Shown piece after piece: positions 9,219 through 18,741 of a stretch of 64,000 bases of DNA (within the stretch, counting starts at the first letter, position 1; each line of letters opens with the position of its first letter). This DNA is from a virus (lineage: Duplodnaviria; Caudoviricetes). The DNA lies in the IMG/VR virus record IMGVR_UViG_3300044541_000063, positions 11,819 through 75,818 of that record; one strand, 5' to 3'. The notes beneath the pieces are model-generated. The model ran no database searches. It saw only the letters and a program-made list of their open reading frames with translations, and had not been told where the DNA came from. Made by a program: the position numbers and the translations under genes.

Positions 9219-9461
9219 ATGTTGGTCAGAGAACTCATCGAGGAACTGAAGAGCGTCAACCCAGAAGCCGAGGTGCATCACACCTACAACTACGGCGACC
9301 ACGGGCGCACGACGGTGGCGCCGGCCATTCACCGGGTCGAAGAGGGTCACGTGGTGCACTCAGGCTACCACGACATGGACAAGGTCGTGGACGAAGACAG
9401 CGAGGACGACTTGCGCTACAGCAAGAGATCAGAGTGGCGCGAAGTCGTACTCCTGAGCTAG
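9219..9461 (+). CDS. Hypothetical protein (80 aa)
   Basis: AAGGAG RBS; M-x-VRELIEEL N-terminus common in phage small proteins. Confidence 0.7.
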   Translation: MLVRELIEELKSVNPEAEVHHTYNYGDHGRTTVAPAIHRVEEGHVVHSGYHDMDKVVDEDSEDDLRYSKRSEWREVVLLS

Positions 9462-9520
9462 TGCGCTGCAGGGCAGCTGGTGCAGCTGCCCGACAGTGTA
9501 CTCAAGAGAAGGAGAGAGTC

Positions 9521-10138
9521 ATGGAACGCATGGAACGCAAGTGGGTCGACTACGAGCGCGTGACGGTCGTGAAGGGCGCCGTCGAGTGGATGGACAACGC
9601 GGTGGCCACGTTCGAGCGCGCCGCGCGCGAGGCCGCCAACTACAAGGCCAGATTCCTGGAGTCGGTCGAGGAGACCATCGCCGGCAAGGCGAACGCCACG
9701 AAGCCCGAAGAGGTGCTGTCGTGGCTGGTCAACAGCACGTGCAATCCTGCCGCCAACTTGCGACTGGACATGGCCGTGACCCACGGCGCGCGCCTCACCG
9801 AGGCGTTTCGCAAGGTCAAGGCACTGGCCGAGGCAGAGCGCGACGCGGCCGTCGCCGAGAAGAACGCGGCGGCGCGGTACATGCTCACCGGCGCGCGCAC
9901 CATACTTCAGTCGCTCAAGTCTGCGCGAGAGGTGGCTGCGGCCGGCTTGCGGCCGACCCTCATCTTTCTCGGCTCGTTCGAGGACTGCTACGCGCGCGCC
10001 GAGCAGCTGAAGGGCGGCGTCATGAACGCCTCGAAGGAGCTGGTGCTCAACAGTGGCGGCCGGCTGCCCGTGGTGGTCACCGACGTGTGGACCTACCACA
10101 TCACCGAGATCGCCGCGTCTGACGACGCGAAGATGTGA
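9521..10138 (+). CDS. Hypothetical protein (205 aa)
   Basis: AAGGAG RBS before ATG 9521; coding-like codon bias. Confidence 0.7.
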   Translation: MERMERKWVDYERVTVVKGAVEWMDNAVATFERAAREAANYKARFLESVEETIAGKANATKPEEVLSWLVNSTCNPAANLRLDMAVTHGARLTEAFRKVKALAEAERDAAVAEKNAAARYMLTGARTILQSLKSAREVAAAGLRPTLIFLGSFEDCYARAEQLKGGVMNASKELVLNSGGRLPVVVTDVWTYHITEIAASDDAKM

Positions 10139-10149
10139 GGGAGACGACA

Positions 10150-10350
10150 ATGAGAGTCGACGACGTACTGGCACTCCGGGAGCACTTCCCGGAGGCGCCG
10201 GCGTGGGTGGTCGAGCGCGACTGGTCGCTCGCCGCCGCGCGCAACGCCATGGTCAAGCTGCGGCTCACGGACGTTGCCAGCGTGGGGCTGGCGACGTCCG
10301 AGCGTGGCAGGGCCGCCGAGCTGCACCGCATACTCAAGCATGGAGGGTGA
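10150..10350 (+). CDS. Hypothetical protein
   Basis: GAGGGAG RBS. Confidence 0.6.
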   Translation: MRVDDVLALREHFPEAPAWVVERDWSLAAARNAMVKLRLTDVASVGLATSERGRAAELHRILKHGG

Positions 10351-10351
10351 C

Positions 10352-10546
10352 GTGACGATCCAGACCATCGAGACGTTGGCCGCGCATTTTCAGGAGAATG
10401 CCGCGTACCACGCGGCCGAGGCGGTGCGCGCGCGGGAGCAGGGTAACCCGGCACTCGCCCGTCACATGCAGCGGCTCGCGCGACTGGACTACGCTGCCGG
10501 CTGGCAGCACTTGGTCGCGCTGCTGATCCGAGAGCCCATCTTATGA
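10352..10546 (+). CDS. Hypothetical protein
   Basis: GGAGG RBS before GTG. Confidence 0.55.
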   Translation: MTIQTIETLAAHFQENAAYHAAEAVRAREQGNPALARHMQRLARLDYAAGWQHLVALLIREPIL

Positions 10547-10776
10547 AGGAGAACGACATGAACAGGGAAGCCGCAATGCGCGCTCTGCACGCCATAGCCG
10601 ACAGCGTCGTGGACGCCGTCAAGGTGGCAGGAGACCACGGCGCGCCCGGTGGCGTGCTGTACGCCGCTCTCATGCAGTACGGCTGCAGGCTCGACCAGTT
10701 CGAGCAGATCATGGGCGCCTTGGTGGCCGCCAAGAAGGTGGTCAAGCGCGGGCAGCTGTACTTCGCCGTCAAGTAG
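10543..10776 (+). CDS. Hypothetical protein, possibly winged-helix-like
   Basis: Coupled ORF with a helix-helix-helix-wing pattern. Confidence 0.6.
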   Translation: MKENDMNREAAMRALHAIADSVVDAVKVAGDHGAPGGVLYAALMQYGCRLDQFEQIMGALVAAKKVVKRGQLYFAVK

Positions 10777-10856
10777 CGGCAAGCTGCTTCGGCAAAGGCG
10801 TCAACGTTCAACGACAGGAGGTCGTCATGAGCAGCCGGGGCTAATGCCCGGCGATT

Positions 10857-10894
10857 GCCGACGGTGGGTCTGCACCGTCGGCGTTTGTCAATTT
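10857..10894 (+). terminator. Terminator-like hairpin
   Basis: GCCGACGGTG-GGTCTG-CACCGTCGGC (10-bp perfect stem) followed by GTTTGTCAATTTT. Confidence 0.5.
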
Positions 10895-10909
10895 TCAGAG
10901 GAGGCGCAG

Positions 10910-11122
10910 TTGACCAAGATCAAGACCATCACGGTGTCGTACCCGCACTACGACAACTCGAAGAGCATGCCGCTCGAGCGCACCGAGGCGCCGCGCGTGT
11001 ACCGCGTCGAGAAGGTGACTGACAGCACGGCGTTCGCGCCGTACGCGCAGCTGTCCAAGATGCAGGTCGACGATCTGTGTATCGACGACCTCTGGAAGGT
11101 CATCGTCGTTCCAGTCAAGTAG
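10910..11122 (+). CDS. Hypothetical protein (70 aa)
   Basis: GAGGAGG RBS before TTG. Confidence 0.6.
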   Translation: MTKIKTITVSYPHYDNSKSMPLERTEAPRVYRVEKVTDSTAFAPYAQLSKMQVDDLCIDDLWKVIVVPVK

Positions 11123-11192
11123 AAGAGACTCACAGTCGGCCGGATAAGTAAGCGCGGCTCCCCCGGCACCGCGCCAACGTAGGAGTTCAGCG

Positions 11193-12761
11193 ATGTCCGT
11201 AGTGATCAGAGACGAAGAGCAGGACGGTGCGACCGGCACGTGGTCGAGGCCGAAGCCAATCGCGTGGGGCCCTCAGCAGACGTCGGTGTTCAACTGGGTC
11301 CGCCGGGGCCGGGGGAGCACCTTCATGAGAGCGCGCGCCGGCACCGGCAAGACCACCACGCTCGTGGGCGTGTGCCACGTGCTGCGCGAGATCAACGAGC
11401 TCGGCAGCGTGGCCATGGCCGCGTTCAATACCAAGATCGTCAAGGATGTCAAGCTCAAGCTGGCCGAGGAGGAGTTCAGCTGGAAGGACGTGAATGTCCG
11501 CACGTTTCACGGTCACGGCTACGCGCCGTTGCGCAAGGTGTACGACAGGGCGTTCCTGGACGAGGACGGTCGAGCCAAGCTCGAGGAGATCTGCCGGCTG
11601 GCTGGCACGCCGCAGCACCTCGAGAGCTTCTGCGCGCAGCTGGTCTCGCTGGCCAAGAACGCGGCGGTGGGCATCTTCAGCAACGTCGACGACGATAAGG
11701 TGTGGCTGGGTCTCGTGGACCACCACGACATGGCCGACGACTTGGAGCGGCTCGAGGACCTCAGGCTGGCAGTCGACAAGGCTAAGCTGATGCTGCACCA
11801 CTCGAACGAGATCTGTCACAGGCTGCTCAACTTCGACGACATGATCTACGTGCCGGTGCTCAAGCGCATGAGGTTCTGGCAGAATCGGTGGGTGCTCATC
11901 GACGAGGCGCAGGACACGAACGCCATACGGCGCGCCATGGCGCGCATGATGCTGCGCGGAGACGGTCGCAGCATATGGGTAGGAGACGACCGTCAGGCCA
12001 TCTACGGCTTCACGGGCGCCGACGCGGACAGCGTCGAGAAGATTCAGCGAGAGTTCGGATGCGACGTGCACCCGCTCACGCTGACATACCGCTGCGGCAA
12101 GAGCATCGTCGCCGAGGCGCAGCAGTTCGTTCCGGACATCGAGGCTCACGAGAGCAACGAGGCAGGGACGGTGCGGCGCATTCACGAGCGCGAGCTCGTC
12201 TCCCAGGAGCTTCGTGCGGATGACGCCATTCTGTGTCGCAAGACGGCGCCGCTCATCACGACGGCGTTCGCACTCATCAAGCGCGGCATAGCCTGCCACG
12301 TCGAGGGACGCGAGATTGGCGCCGGCCTGCTCAAGCTGGCAAAGCGGTGGAAGACGGTGAAGACCGTCGACGCGCTGCGGACCAAGCTCGAGGACTTCTG
12401 CGAGAAGCAGGTGAAGAAGTTCATGGACAAGAAGAAAGAAGTCAAGGCCGAGCAGGTTCGCGACCGCGTCGACACGCTGCTCGCGCTCATGCAGGGCTGC
12501 CCAGACCTAGCGTGCGTCGAGAAGAAGATCGAGGACATGTTCAAGGACGACGACCTCGAGGTCAAGAAGACCCTGACGCTCAGCACGGTGCATCGGGCGA
12601 AGGGCCGCGAGTGGCCGCGCGTGTTCGTGCTCGGTCGCTTTCAGTTCATGCCGTCGAACTTCGCGCGTCAGCAGTGGCAGCTGGTGCAGGAGGATAACCT
12701 GATCTACGTCGCGTGCACGCGCGCCAAGAGCGAGCTCGTGTATGTCGACGTGGACATGTGA
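11193..12761 (+). CDS. UvrD/Rep-like superfamily 1 helicase
   Basis: AGTGKTT, IDEAQD, VGDDRQAIYGF, TYRC, STVHRAKGREW, YVACTRAK motifs. Confidence 0.92.
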   Translation: MSVVIRDEEQDGATGTWSRPKPIAWGPQQTSVFNWVRRGRGSTFMRARAGTGKTTTLVGVCHVLREINELGSVAMAAFNTKIVKDVKLKLAEEEFSWKDVNVRTFHGHGYAPLRKVYDRAFLDEDGRAKLEEICRLAGTPQHLESFCAQLVSLAKNAAVGIFSNVDDDKVWLGLVDHHDMADDLERLEDLRLAVDKAKLMLHHSNEICHRLLNFDDMIYVPVLKRMRFWQNRWVLIDEAQDTNAIRRAMARMMLRGDGRSIWVGDDRQAIYGFTGADADSVEKIQREFGCDVHPLTLTYRCGKSIVAEAQQFVPDIEAHESNEAGTVRRIHERELVSQELRADDAILCRKTAPLITTAFALIKRGIACHVEGREIGAGLLKLAKRWKTVKTVDALRTKLEDFCEKQVKKFMDKKKEVKAEQVRDRVDTLLALMQGCPDLACVEKKIEDMFKDDDLEVKKTLTLSTVHRAKGREWPRVFVLGRFQFMPSNFARQQWQLVQEDNLIYVACTRAKSELVYVDVDM

Positions 12762-12770
12762 GGAGAGAAG

Positions 12771-13007
12771 ATGAACACGAAGACCAAGATACTCGAGTGG
12801 CAGCCGGTGCCGGGACGCAAGCCGAAGTCGCACGACAGCTTCGCGGTGCGCGGCACGAACACGTGGACGGTCAAGAAGTCCTCGGCTAGCCACTACTCGT
12901 TCTACGTGGTGCGGCTCAACGGCGGCGTCGTCTCCCGTCAGGAGACCCTCAAGGAGGCCAAGTCAAAAGCCGAGCAGCTGTGCCTGGACAGGGAGAGCGT
13001 GCGATGA
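12771..13007 (+). CDS. Hypothetical protein (78 aa)
   Basis: GAGGAG RBS. Confidence 0.65.
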   Translation: MNTKTKILEWQPVPGRKPKSHDSFAVRGTNTWTVKKSSASHYSFYVVRLNGGVVSRQETLKEAKSKAEQLCLDRESVR

Positions 13008-13486
13008 GATGGGAGACCGGCAGGCAGGGCAAGGGAACGATCGCCTACGTCGACGTCGCCGGTGTCGGGCGATATCTGGTGAAGTGGTCGTCCGTCGACG
13101 AGCGATACGTCGCGCTGCTGAACAACGAGACGACGACGTACAAGGCGCGCACGATGGAGGCGGTGCAGCGACAGGTAGAGCGCGCGGTGCTGGCGATCGA
13201 GAACATGGACCGCGAGCAGGAGGCGACGGTGGCGCTGCCAGACTACGAGAACATCGAGAGACGCATCTTAGCGTCAGAGAAGAGTGGCCGGCTGCCGCTC
13301 GAGGACATGGAGGCGTTCGCCGACGAGGTCTGCAGGCAGGCGCGGCACTACGCGCAGAATAGGCGGCACATCGTGCTGACTGACATCTACCTCGCGCTAG
13401 AGACGGTGGCGCGCAAGTGCGCGCAGCTGCAGAACAGGGTGAAGGAGCTGGAGGACAGGTATGAACGGGACGATCACAGGAGTTGA
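13004..13486 (+). CDS. Hypothetical protein
   Basis: ATGA coupling; coding-like codon usage. Confidence 0.6.
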   Translation: MRWETGRQGKGTIAYVDVAGVGRYLVKWSSVDERYVALLNNETTTYKARTMEAVQRQVERAVLAIENMDREQEATVALPDYENIERRILASEKSGRLPLEDMEAFADEVCRQARHYAQNRRHIVLTDIYLALETVARKCAQLQNRVKELEDRYERDDHRS

Positions 13487-14498
13487 CGAGAGGGTACTCG
13501 AGAAGGTTCGCAAGCTGCTGCGGCTGGCCAACGACGCGCGCGGCAACGAGAGCGAGGCCTCGAATGCTGCCGAGGCCGCAGCGCGCATCATGCGGCAGCA
13601 CGGTATCAGCACGGCGACCATCGAGGCCGGCGGCGGCGAGGGCGAGAGGCGCACTCAGGAGACTGAGGGCGGCGTCGCCCGAGGGCGCGCGCCGTGGATG
13701 CCCGAGCTGATGCGCACCGTGGCGCAGAGCTGCTTCTGCCTCTGCGAGGTAGAGTTCAGCACGCCGGAGGGCGACAGACAGCTTCGCATGTCGTTCCGCC
13801 TGTACGGCCGCGAGTCGGCGGTGGCGAGCGCCTTCGCGCTGGCCGACTACCTCAAGGACGTCATCTGGCGCCTGAGCAAGAACGCCGAGCGACCGCACTA
13901 CTTTCGCATGGGATGCGCCGAGCGTCTCGGCGAGCGCGTGCGCGAGAACCACGAGATGGCGCTGGCTAACCAGCGGGCCGAGGCAGAGCGGCAGTCCCGC
14001 GAGGCCGCGGCGCGCGCCAAGCATCCAGGTGCGTGGCACACCGGCACCAGTCTCGTCGTGATCCTCGAGGACTACGCCGAGAAGGAGCACGAGGCGAACG
14101 AGGAGCTTCGTCTCGGCCTGAAGCCGGGTACGCTGGCGCGGCGGCGAGCAGAGGCAGAGTCCGACCGCGCCGCGCGCGAGGCGCGGTATCAGCAGCTGCT
14201 GAGAGACGGCGTCGAGAAGGGCGTGGCGTGGAACATGACTCAGATGAACATGACCATGGAGCGCGCCACCGAGTACGAGGCTGAATGGAATGCGCGCGAG
14301 GCCGCGCGTCAAGCTGAGCCAGAGAAGCCGCGCAAGAAGACCAAGGCCGACGAGTCGCGCGAGCAGGCTCGCCATCGCCGCTACATGCGCGAGATGGAGC
14401 GGCGCTGCGACCCGTCTTGGGTAGCGGGCCGCGAGAGAGGCGACGAGGTGTCGCTGGCGCGGCAGCTGTCCGACCGCAAGGACGGGAGGCTGAAATGA
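13461..14498 (+). CDS. DUF2786-domain protein
   Basis: N-terminal KVRKLLRLA..ESEASNAAEAAARIMRQHGI signature. Confidence 0.75.
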   Translation: MNGTITGVDERVLEKVRKLLRLANDARGNESEASNAAEAAARIMRQHGISTATIEAGGGEGERRTQETEGGVARGRAPWMPELMRTVAQSCFCLCEVEFSTPEGDRQLRMSFRLYGRESAVASAFALADYLKDVIWRLSKNAERPHYFRMGCAERLGERVRENHEMALANQRAEAERQSREAAARAKHPGAWHTGTSLVVILEDYAEKEHEANEELRLGLKPGTLARRRAEAESDRAAREARYQQLLRDGVEKGVAWNMTQMNMTMERATEYEAEWNAREAARQAEPEKPRKKTKADESREQARHRRYMREMERRCDPSWVAGRERGDEVSLARQLSDRKDGRLK

Positions 14499-14596
14499 GC
14501 CCCGACGACACGATCTACGGGCTGGCGCTGTTCAGCGCTGCCCTCTGCGCCGGCTACTACCTAGCGTCGTGGTTCAGAGACTGGAGGAGAAAGTGA
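14495..14596 (+). CDS. Small membrane peptide (33 aa)
   Basis: MSPDDTIYGLALFSAALCAGYYLASWFRDWRRK; GGAGG RBS; fills the gap between coupled genes. Confidence 0.55.
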   Translation: MSPDDTIYGLALFSAALCAGYYLASWFRDWRRK

Positions 14597-14809
14597 ATGC
14601 GCATCTCTCTGAAGAAGGGAGTCGCCTACGTGGCGCCTCTGCACGTGAAGTACATCTTGCCATATACTACGGAGGACTATCCAGAAGTCCGCTGCAAGGT
14701 GTACGTGGACAAGGACGAGTTCTTCGAGTCGGTCGAGAACCCGGAGGATCTGCACCGACGATGCAACGTGGCGATTCGAAACATCTACTCGCTCGCCAGG
14801 AACGAGTGA
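14597..14809 (+). CDS. Hypothetical protein (70 aa), FlbD-like pattern
   Basis: GGAGGAG RBS; short beta-beta-beta-helix pattern. Confidence 0.6.
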   Translation: MRISLKKGVAYVAPLHVKYILPYTTEDYPEVRCKVYVDKDEFFESVENPEDLHRRCNVAIRNIYSLARNE

Positions 14810-14958
14810 GCTTCGGCGCGTACTTTACCGAGACTTGGCACGAGGGCGTCACCGTCGCCTCCGGCTACGCGGTGGCGGCAGCCTGGAAGGCCGTCGGCCT
14901 TCCGAGCGTCTGGCAGCTGGTGCACAAGTTCGCGTTGCTGATTTACTTCGCCGGCTAG
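14806..14958 (+). CDS. Small hydrophobic protein (50 aa)
   Basis: GTGA coupling. Confidence 0.45.
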   Translation: MSFGAYFTETWHEGVTVASGYAVAAAWKAVGLPSVWQLVHKFALLIYFAG

Positions 14959-14991
14959 TCGGCGCACAGTTAGTGGTGACAGGAGGGCAAT

Positions 14992-15957
14992 ATGCAGATG
15001 GCAGCAAGAACCAAGGCAAAGACAAGAGGCACGTACGCACCGCAGCCGAAGGCTGCGCCGGTCGAGGACAAGAAGCCGGCACCAAAGCCCGCGCCGCCGC
15101 TGAACTCCATCCAGGTCAAGGACGACGAGGGCGACAAGCTCAACGCGGGGCTGACGCAGTACGGACTTCGCGTTCCGAAGTTCGGAGAGCACGGTGAGGC
15201 TGGCTTTCACCTGGACGAGGGCGTCATTCCGCGCCGCTGGGCGCGCGAGAGCTCGACGGTGATGGCGCTGGCGCGGCGCTTGGCCGCCAAGAACGAGAGC
15301 TTCGAGCGGGTCGCGGCGAGCACCGACGAGGCGCGCGCCAAGGCGAAAGAGGAGAGGGCCGAGGCGAAGGCGGCGGTGTACCGAGGGATGATTCACCTCA
15401 GGGCACTGCTGCAGGAGCTGGGCGAGAAGGCACCTAGCGAGGGCCGCGCCAAGAAGGCCATCGAGCGCGCCCACATGATTCACCGCAAGTTTCACTTCGG
15501 GCCGAAGGAGGTGGAGCAGGCGCGCAAGATCTTGCGCGAGATGCCGGCTGCCGTGAATCCCTTCGCCCGCGCGGCGGGTGCTGGGGGCACGGCTCGCCAA
15601 GCCGCACCGGCACCCGCTGGCATCGTCGCGGTCCTGGTCAAGGAGAATCCGCACAGGGCGGGCAGCGTTCAGTACGACCGCATGGCCGCGCTCATGGCGC
15701 ACGCTAACAAGCCGGTCGCCGACTACCTGGGGGCGGGCGGCTGCCGGCTGAAACTGAAGAACGCCCTGGAGAAGGGCTGGGTGAGGCTGGACCAGGAGGC
15801 CCCGGCCACCGTAGCACCCGCCAAGTCCGCGAGCTCCGGCGCGACCCGGGACGCCAAGAAAGCGCCACCGGTCAAGGTATCTGAGACAGTCAAGCCGACT
15901 GGCACTGCTAAGAAAGCAGTGCCACCTGCGAAGGCCAAGAAGTCCAAGCGCAAGTAA
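14992..15957 (+). CDS. Lys/Ala/Pro-rich basic protein with a conserved ~58-aa domain
   Basis: AGGAGG RBS; histone-like tails; NP-x-R-x-GS-x2-YDR..G..GW domain. Confidence 0.75.
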   Translation: MQMAARTKAKTRGTYAPQPKAAPVEDKKPAPKPAPPLNSIQVKDDEGDKLNAGLTQYGLRVPKFGEHGEAGFHLDEGVIPRRWARESSTVMALARRLAAKNESFERVAASTDEARAKAKEERAEAKAAVYRGMIHLRALLQELGEKAPSEGRAKKAIERAHMIHRKFHFGPKEVEQARKILREMPAAVNPFARAAGAGGTARQAAPAPAGIVAVLVKENPHRAGSVQYDRMAALMAHANKPVADYLGAGGCRLKLKNALEKGWVRLDQEAPATVAPAKSASSGATRDAKKAPPVKVSETVKPTGTAKKAVPPAKAKKSKRK

Positions 15958-16008
15958 GCCGCATTGCGACCACAACCGAGACGTAACAGAAACAGGTAGG
16001 AGTCTAGT

Positions 16009-16638
16009 ATGAAAGTAGTAGAAGCGAACGGCGCTGCAGTGACCATCAAGTTCGGCGAGCTGTCTCTCGAGGATCTGGTGGCCCACCACAACGAGATGTG
16101 TCTCACCGCGATCGACCTCGGTCTGTCGGGCGTGACGGTAGAGACGTTCGCATCAGTACAGGAGGGCGTCGCGGCCTGCGAGCGGCTGCACGGCGCCATA
16201 CTCAAGGCTCGCGAGCGCGCGGCAGCTCCGCCTAAGAAGCAGCGCGCCAGTGTCAAGGCTAAGGCGAAGAGGGCAGCGACCGAGACCGAGAAGGTCAAGA
16301 GTGCGGCTGCCAGCACGCCCGGCATCGTAGCCGGGTACACCGAACCAACGAAGGAGAAGACCGTGGCTAAGAAAGCGAAGAAGGCAGCTGGTAAGAAGAC
16401 CGCGAAGAAGGTGGCGGCGAAGAAGTCGAGCGGCAACGGCACGCGCACGCGGCTGTCGGGAGACACGAAGATCACGTGGCTCGCCGAGGGCAATCCCGCA
16501 CGCAAGGGCAGCATCTTCTACGACCGCGTGGAGAAGGTGCGCAAGGCCAAGACCGTCGAGGGCATCACCAAGGCGGGCGGCATCGCGGCCGACGCCACCG
16601 AGTGTGCGAAGCGCGGCTGGGCCAAGCTCAGCGCCTGA
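16009..16638 (+). CDS. Histone H1-like protein with the same C-terminal domain
   Basis: KKAKKAAGKKTAKKVAAKK; GNPARKGSIFYDR..AGG..KRGW. Confidence 0.75.
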   Translation: MKVVEANGAAVTIKFGELSLEDLVAHHNEMCLTAIDLGLSGVTVETFASVQEGVAACERLHGAILKARERAAAPPKKQRASVKAKAKRAATETEKVKSAAASTPGIVAGYTEPTKEKTVAKKAKKAAGKKTAKKVAAKKSSGNGTRTRLSGDTKITWLAEGNPARKGSIFYDRVEKVRKAKTVEGITKAGGIAADATECAKRGWAKLSA

Positions 16639-16651
16639 GCGCGCGTCCACC

Positions 16652-16686
16652 TCAGCTCCCCCGGCTGCCGCAGCCGGGGGAGTTGA
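16652..16686. terminator. 16-bp GC-rich inverted repeat (terminator or processing hairpin)
   Basis: TCAGCTCCCCCGGCTG-CCG-CAGCCGGGGGAGTTGA; no clear U-tract. Confidence 0.4.
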
Positions 16687-16702
16687 ACGAAGGGAGGGTG
16701 CG

Positions 16703-17038
16703 ATGAAGAACTGGCGGTGTGACTGGTGCTACGAGGTGTGCTCGGCGAAGGAGAGACCGAGCAAGTGCCCGCACTGCAGTCGTCCTAGAGAACTCACTCG
16801 AGTGACGACTCAACTTGAACTTAAAGAGACTGCGGCGGCAAGCTGCAACGTGGAGAGCAGCGCGCTCGAGGAGATCGGAGGGATCAACGATCCCAGACAG
16901 AATGTCGGCCTCAAGGTAGACGGTCGTGGCAGAGGCGGCGGCAGAAAGTACTTCAACAGTCGGGCGCCACTCTGGAAGAGGCAGCTGTCCGGCGTGCGCG
17001 CCGCTGCAGCCGTGAAGCGAAAGAGGGAGAAGGAGTGA
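16703..17038 (+). CDS. Rubredoxin-like Zn-ribbon protein
   Basis: WRCDWC..KCPHC; GGGAGG RBS. Confidence 0.65.
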   Translation: MKNWRCDWCYEVCSAKERPSKCPHCSRPRELTRVTTQLELKETAAASCNVESSALEEIGGINDPRQNVGLKVDGRGRGGGRKYFNSRAPLWKRQLSGVRAAAAVKRKREKE

Positions 17039-17268
17039 TGAGCGGCAGCAACAGGTTCAAGCGTCACGTGGTGGCGCTACTGGTGAGCTCACCAGTGGCC
17101 GGCACCAGGGCCGAGGTGCAGAACTCGGTGAAGAGGTGGGCCGAGCACCACGGCCACACGTCGTTGGACTTCGGGTTCGAGATACTCGACGCTGGACGCG
17201 TGACGGTCAGGTTCAGCAGCGCGGCCAAGCCGGCACTCGGCGAGGTCGCAGACGAGGAGGAGTCGTGA
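17035..17268 (+). CDS. Hypothetical protein (77 aa)
   Basis: AAGGAG RBS; coupled. Confidence 0.6.
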   Translation: MMSGSNRFKRHVVALLVSSPVAGTRAEVQNSVKRWAEHHGHTSLDFGFEILDAGRVTVRFSSAAKPALGEVADEEES

Positions 17269-17753
17269 AGAGTCACTTTCCAGACGCGAGGGCGTGCACC
17301 GTGGTCACGGTGGTGGACCTCGACACGTGCGAGCCGGCCTTCGACGTGATGCTCTACGGCGTGACGATGGAGGACGTCTGCGTCGTAGCGGTCCCAAAGG
17401 CCGGCAACGAGCGAGACTGGATCGCGGCCGGGCGCGACGGGCGGCGCCAGCTGTGCGGCGCCGAGTACGTGCGACAGGCGCTGCGGCGGCGGGGACTAGA
17501 CCCAGATCGCTTCACGTCTTCGGTCTTCATGGTTCGCAGCGAGAACCGCGGCTACGCCGTCAAGAGGGAGAGAGTCGATGAGCCGGTACGTCAACGCGAC
17601 AGTGTTCTTCAGGGACGGCAACCTGCAGCCTCAGATCCGCACGAAGGTGCGAGTGTCGTTCGAGAGCGGCTGGGTCCAATTCACCGACGAGTACGACGAG
17701 TCAACCACGTTCCCGTCCGAGGTCGTCTTCAAGGTGGAGACGAAGCACAATAG
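17265..17753 (+). CDS. Hypothetical protein
   Basis: GAGGAGG RBS before GTG; 3' end overlaps the next ORF, so the true end is uncertain. Confidence 0.5.
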   Translation: MKSHFPDARACTVVTVVDLDTCEPAFDVMLYGVTMEDVCVVAVPKAGNERDWIAAGRDGRRQLCGAEYVRQALRRRGLDPDRFTSSVFMVRSENRGYAVKRERVDEPVRQRDSVLQGRQPAASDPHEGASVVRERLGPIHRRVRRVNHVPVRGRLQGGDEAQ

Positions 17754-17763
17754 TGGATGGTGA
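17578..17763 (+). CDS. Hypothetical protein (61 aa)
   Basis: GAGGGAG RBS; beta-rich globular-looking sequence. Confidence 0.55.
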   Translation: MSRYVNATVFFRDGNLQPQIRTKVRVSFESGWVQFTDEYDESTTFPSEVVFKVETKHNSGW

Positions 17764-18740
17764 CACCGATGAAGCAGCGAGAGACACTGGCAGAGCTGTA
17801 TCTGCGCGCGGGCCGCGTTCACCGCGACTCGCAGGAGTACCATCAGGGACTGAAGGTGCACGAGATCGTGCGTCTGTGCCTGCGGCCACCCGACCCGCGC
17901 GCGTACTCGGCGATCGAGCGGATGCCGTCGCCGGCCGAGCGGTTCGTGTTCGACGAGGACGCCATGGACATGGTCCGCGACATGATCAAGGCCGGAGCGC
18001 TGTCGATGCGAACGATGGGCGAGACGGCGCGCATGCCGACCGAGAGCGTGTGGATGGAGTACCTCGACACGAAGGAGCAGTGCCGCAACGGCATTCTCGT
18101 CACGCGGCGAGTCGGCGACGGAAAGCTGCTGATCGTCGTCGTGATGGAGTTCGAGGGACTCGCCCTTCCTGGCATGATGATAGAGACGAACAACTTTCCG
18201 TGGAACTTCGCGGAGGAGTACGACGACAGCAAGGAGGGCGGGCCGGAGCTGCCGCCCGGCGAGAAGCCGGAGGGCGGCGAGGGCTGTCTACTGCTGTGGG
18301 AGGTCACCAAGGTGAGCAGGCGACGCACGTGGCAGCGCGCCGCGCAACTCATGCACGACGCCCTCGCCATGCTGTTTCTCCTCACGGTGCCGCGCGTGTG
18401 CGAGGTGCGCACGGCAGTCTCGCGCGCGGAGAGGATGCGCGCGAGGGAGCCGCGCCAGCACCCGGCCGTGGAGTACAAGCACGTCAAGCTGACCATCGGC
18501 TCGGGCGGCGCGCGCTACAAGCACGTCAAGCGGGAGGACGGCGAGACGGCGGAGGACTACGCGAAGCGGTTCCACCGCGTGATGGGACACTTCAGGACCT
18601 ACCGCCACGAGTACGGTAGCGGCGGCAGCAGGACGCGAGCAGAGCCGCTGGTGCGGTGGATCCCGGTGCACTGGCGCGGCGACCCGACCAAGGGCATTCT
18701 GCTGCACACGCGAGACGTCGGAACCAAGAAGGAGACTTGA
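17757..18740 (+). CDS. Conserved phage hypothetical protein
   Basis: C-terminal H-x-VMGHFR..RWI-x2-HWRGD..G motif seen in phage early proteins; start may be 17769. Confidence 0.7.
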   Translation: MVTPMKQRETLAELYLRAGRVHRDSQEYHQGLKVHEIVRLCLRPPDPRAYSAIERMPSPAERFVFDEDAMDMVRDMIKAGALSMRTMGETARMPTESVWMEYLDTKEQCRNGILVTRRVGDGKLLIVVVMEFEGLALPGMMIETNNFPWNFAEEYDDSKEGGPELPPGEKPEGGEGCLLLWEVTKVSRRRTWQRAAQLMHDALAMLFLLTVPRVCEVRTAVSRAERMRAREPRQHPAVEYKHVKLTIGSGGARYKHVKREDGETAEDYAKRFHRVMGHFRTYRHEYGSGGSRTRAEPLVRWIPVHWRGDPTKGILLHTRDVGTKKET

Positions 18741-18741
18741 C

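Noticed and set aside
17265-17763. Long overlaps between same-strand ORFs (also 2309-2466, 4271-4365 and 29867-30057)
   Set aside because: The overlapping tails are low-information extensions, most simply stop-codon drift in GC-rich DNA; no slippery site was identified
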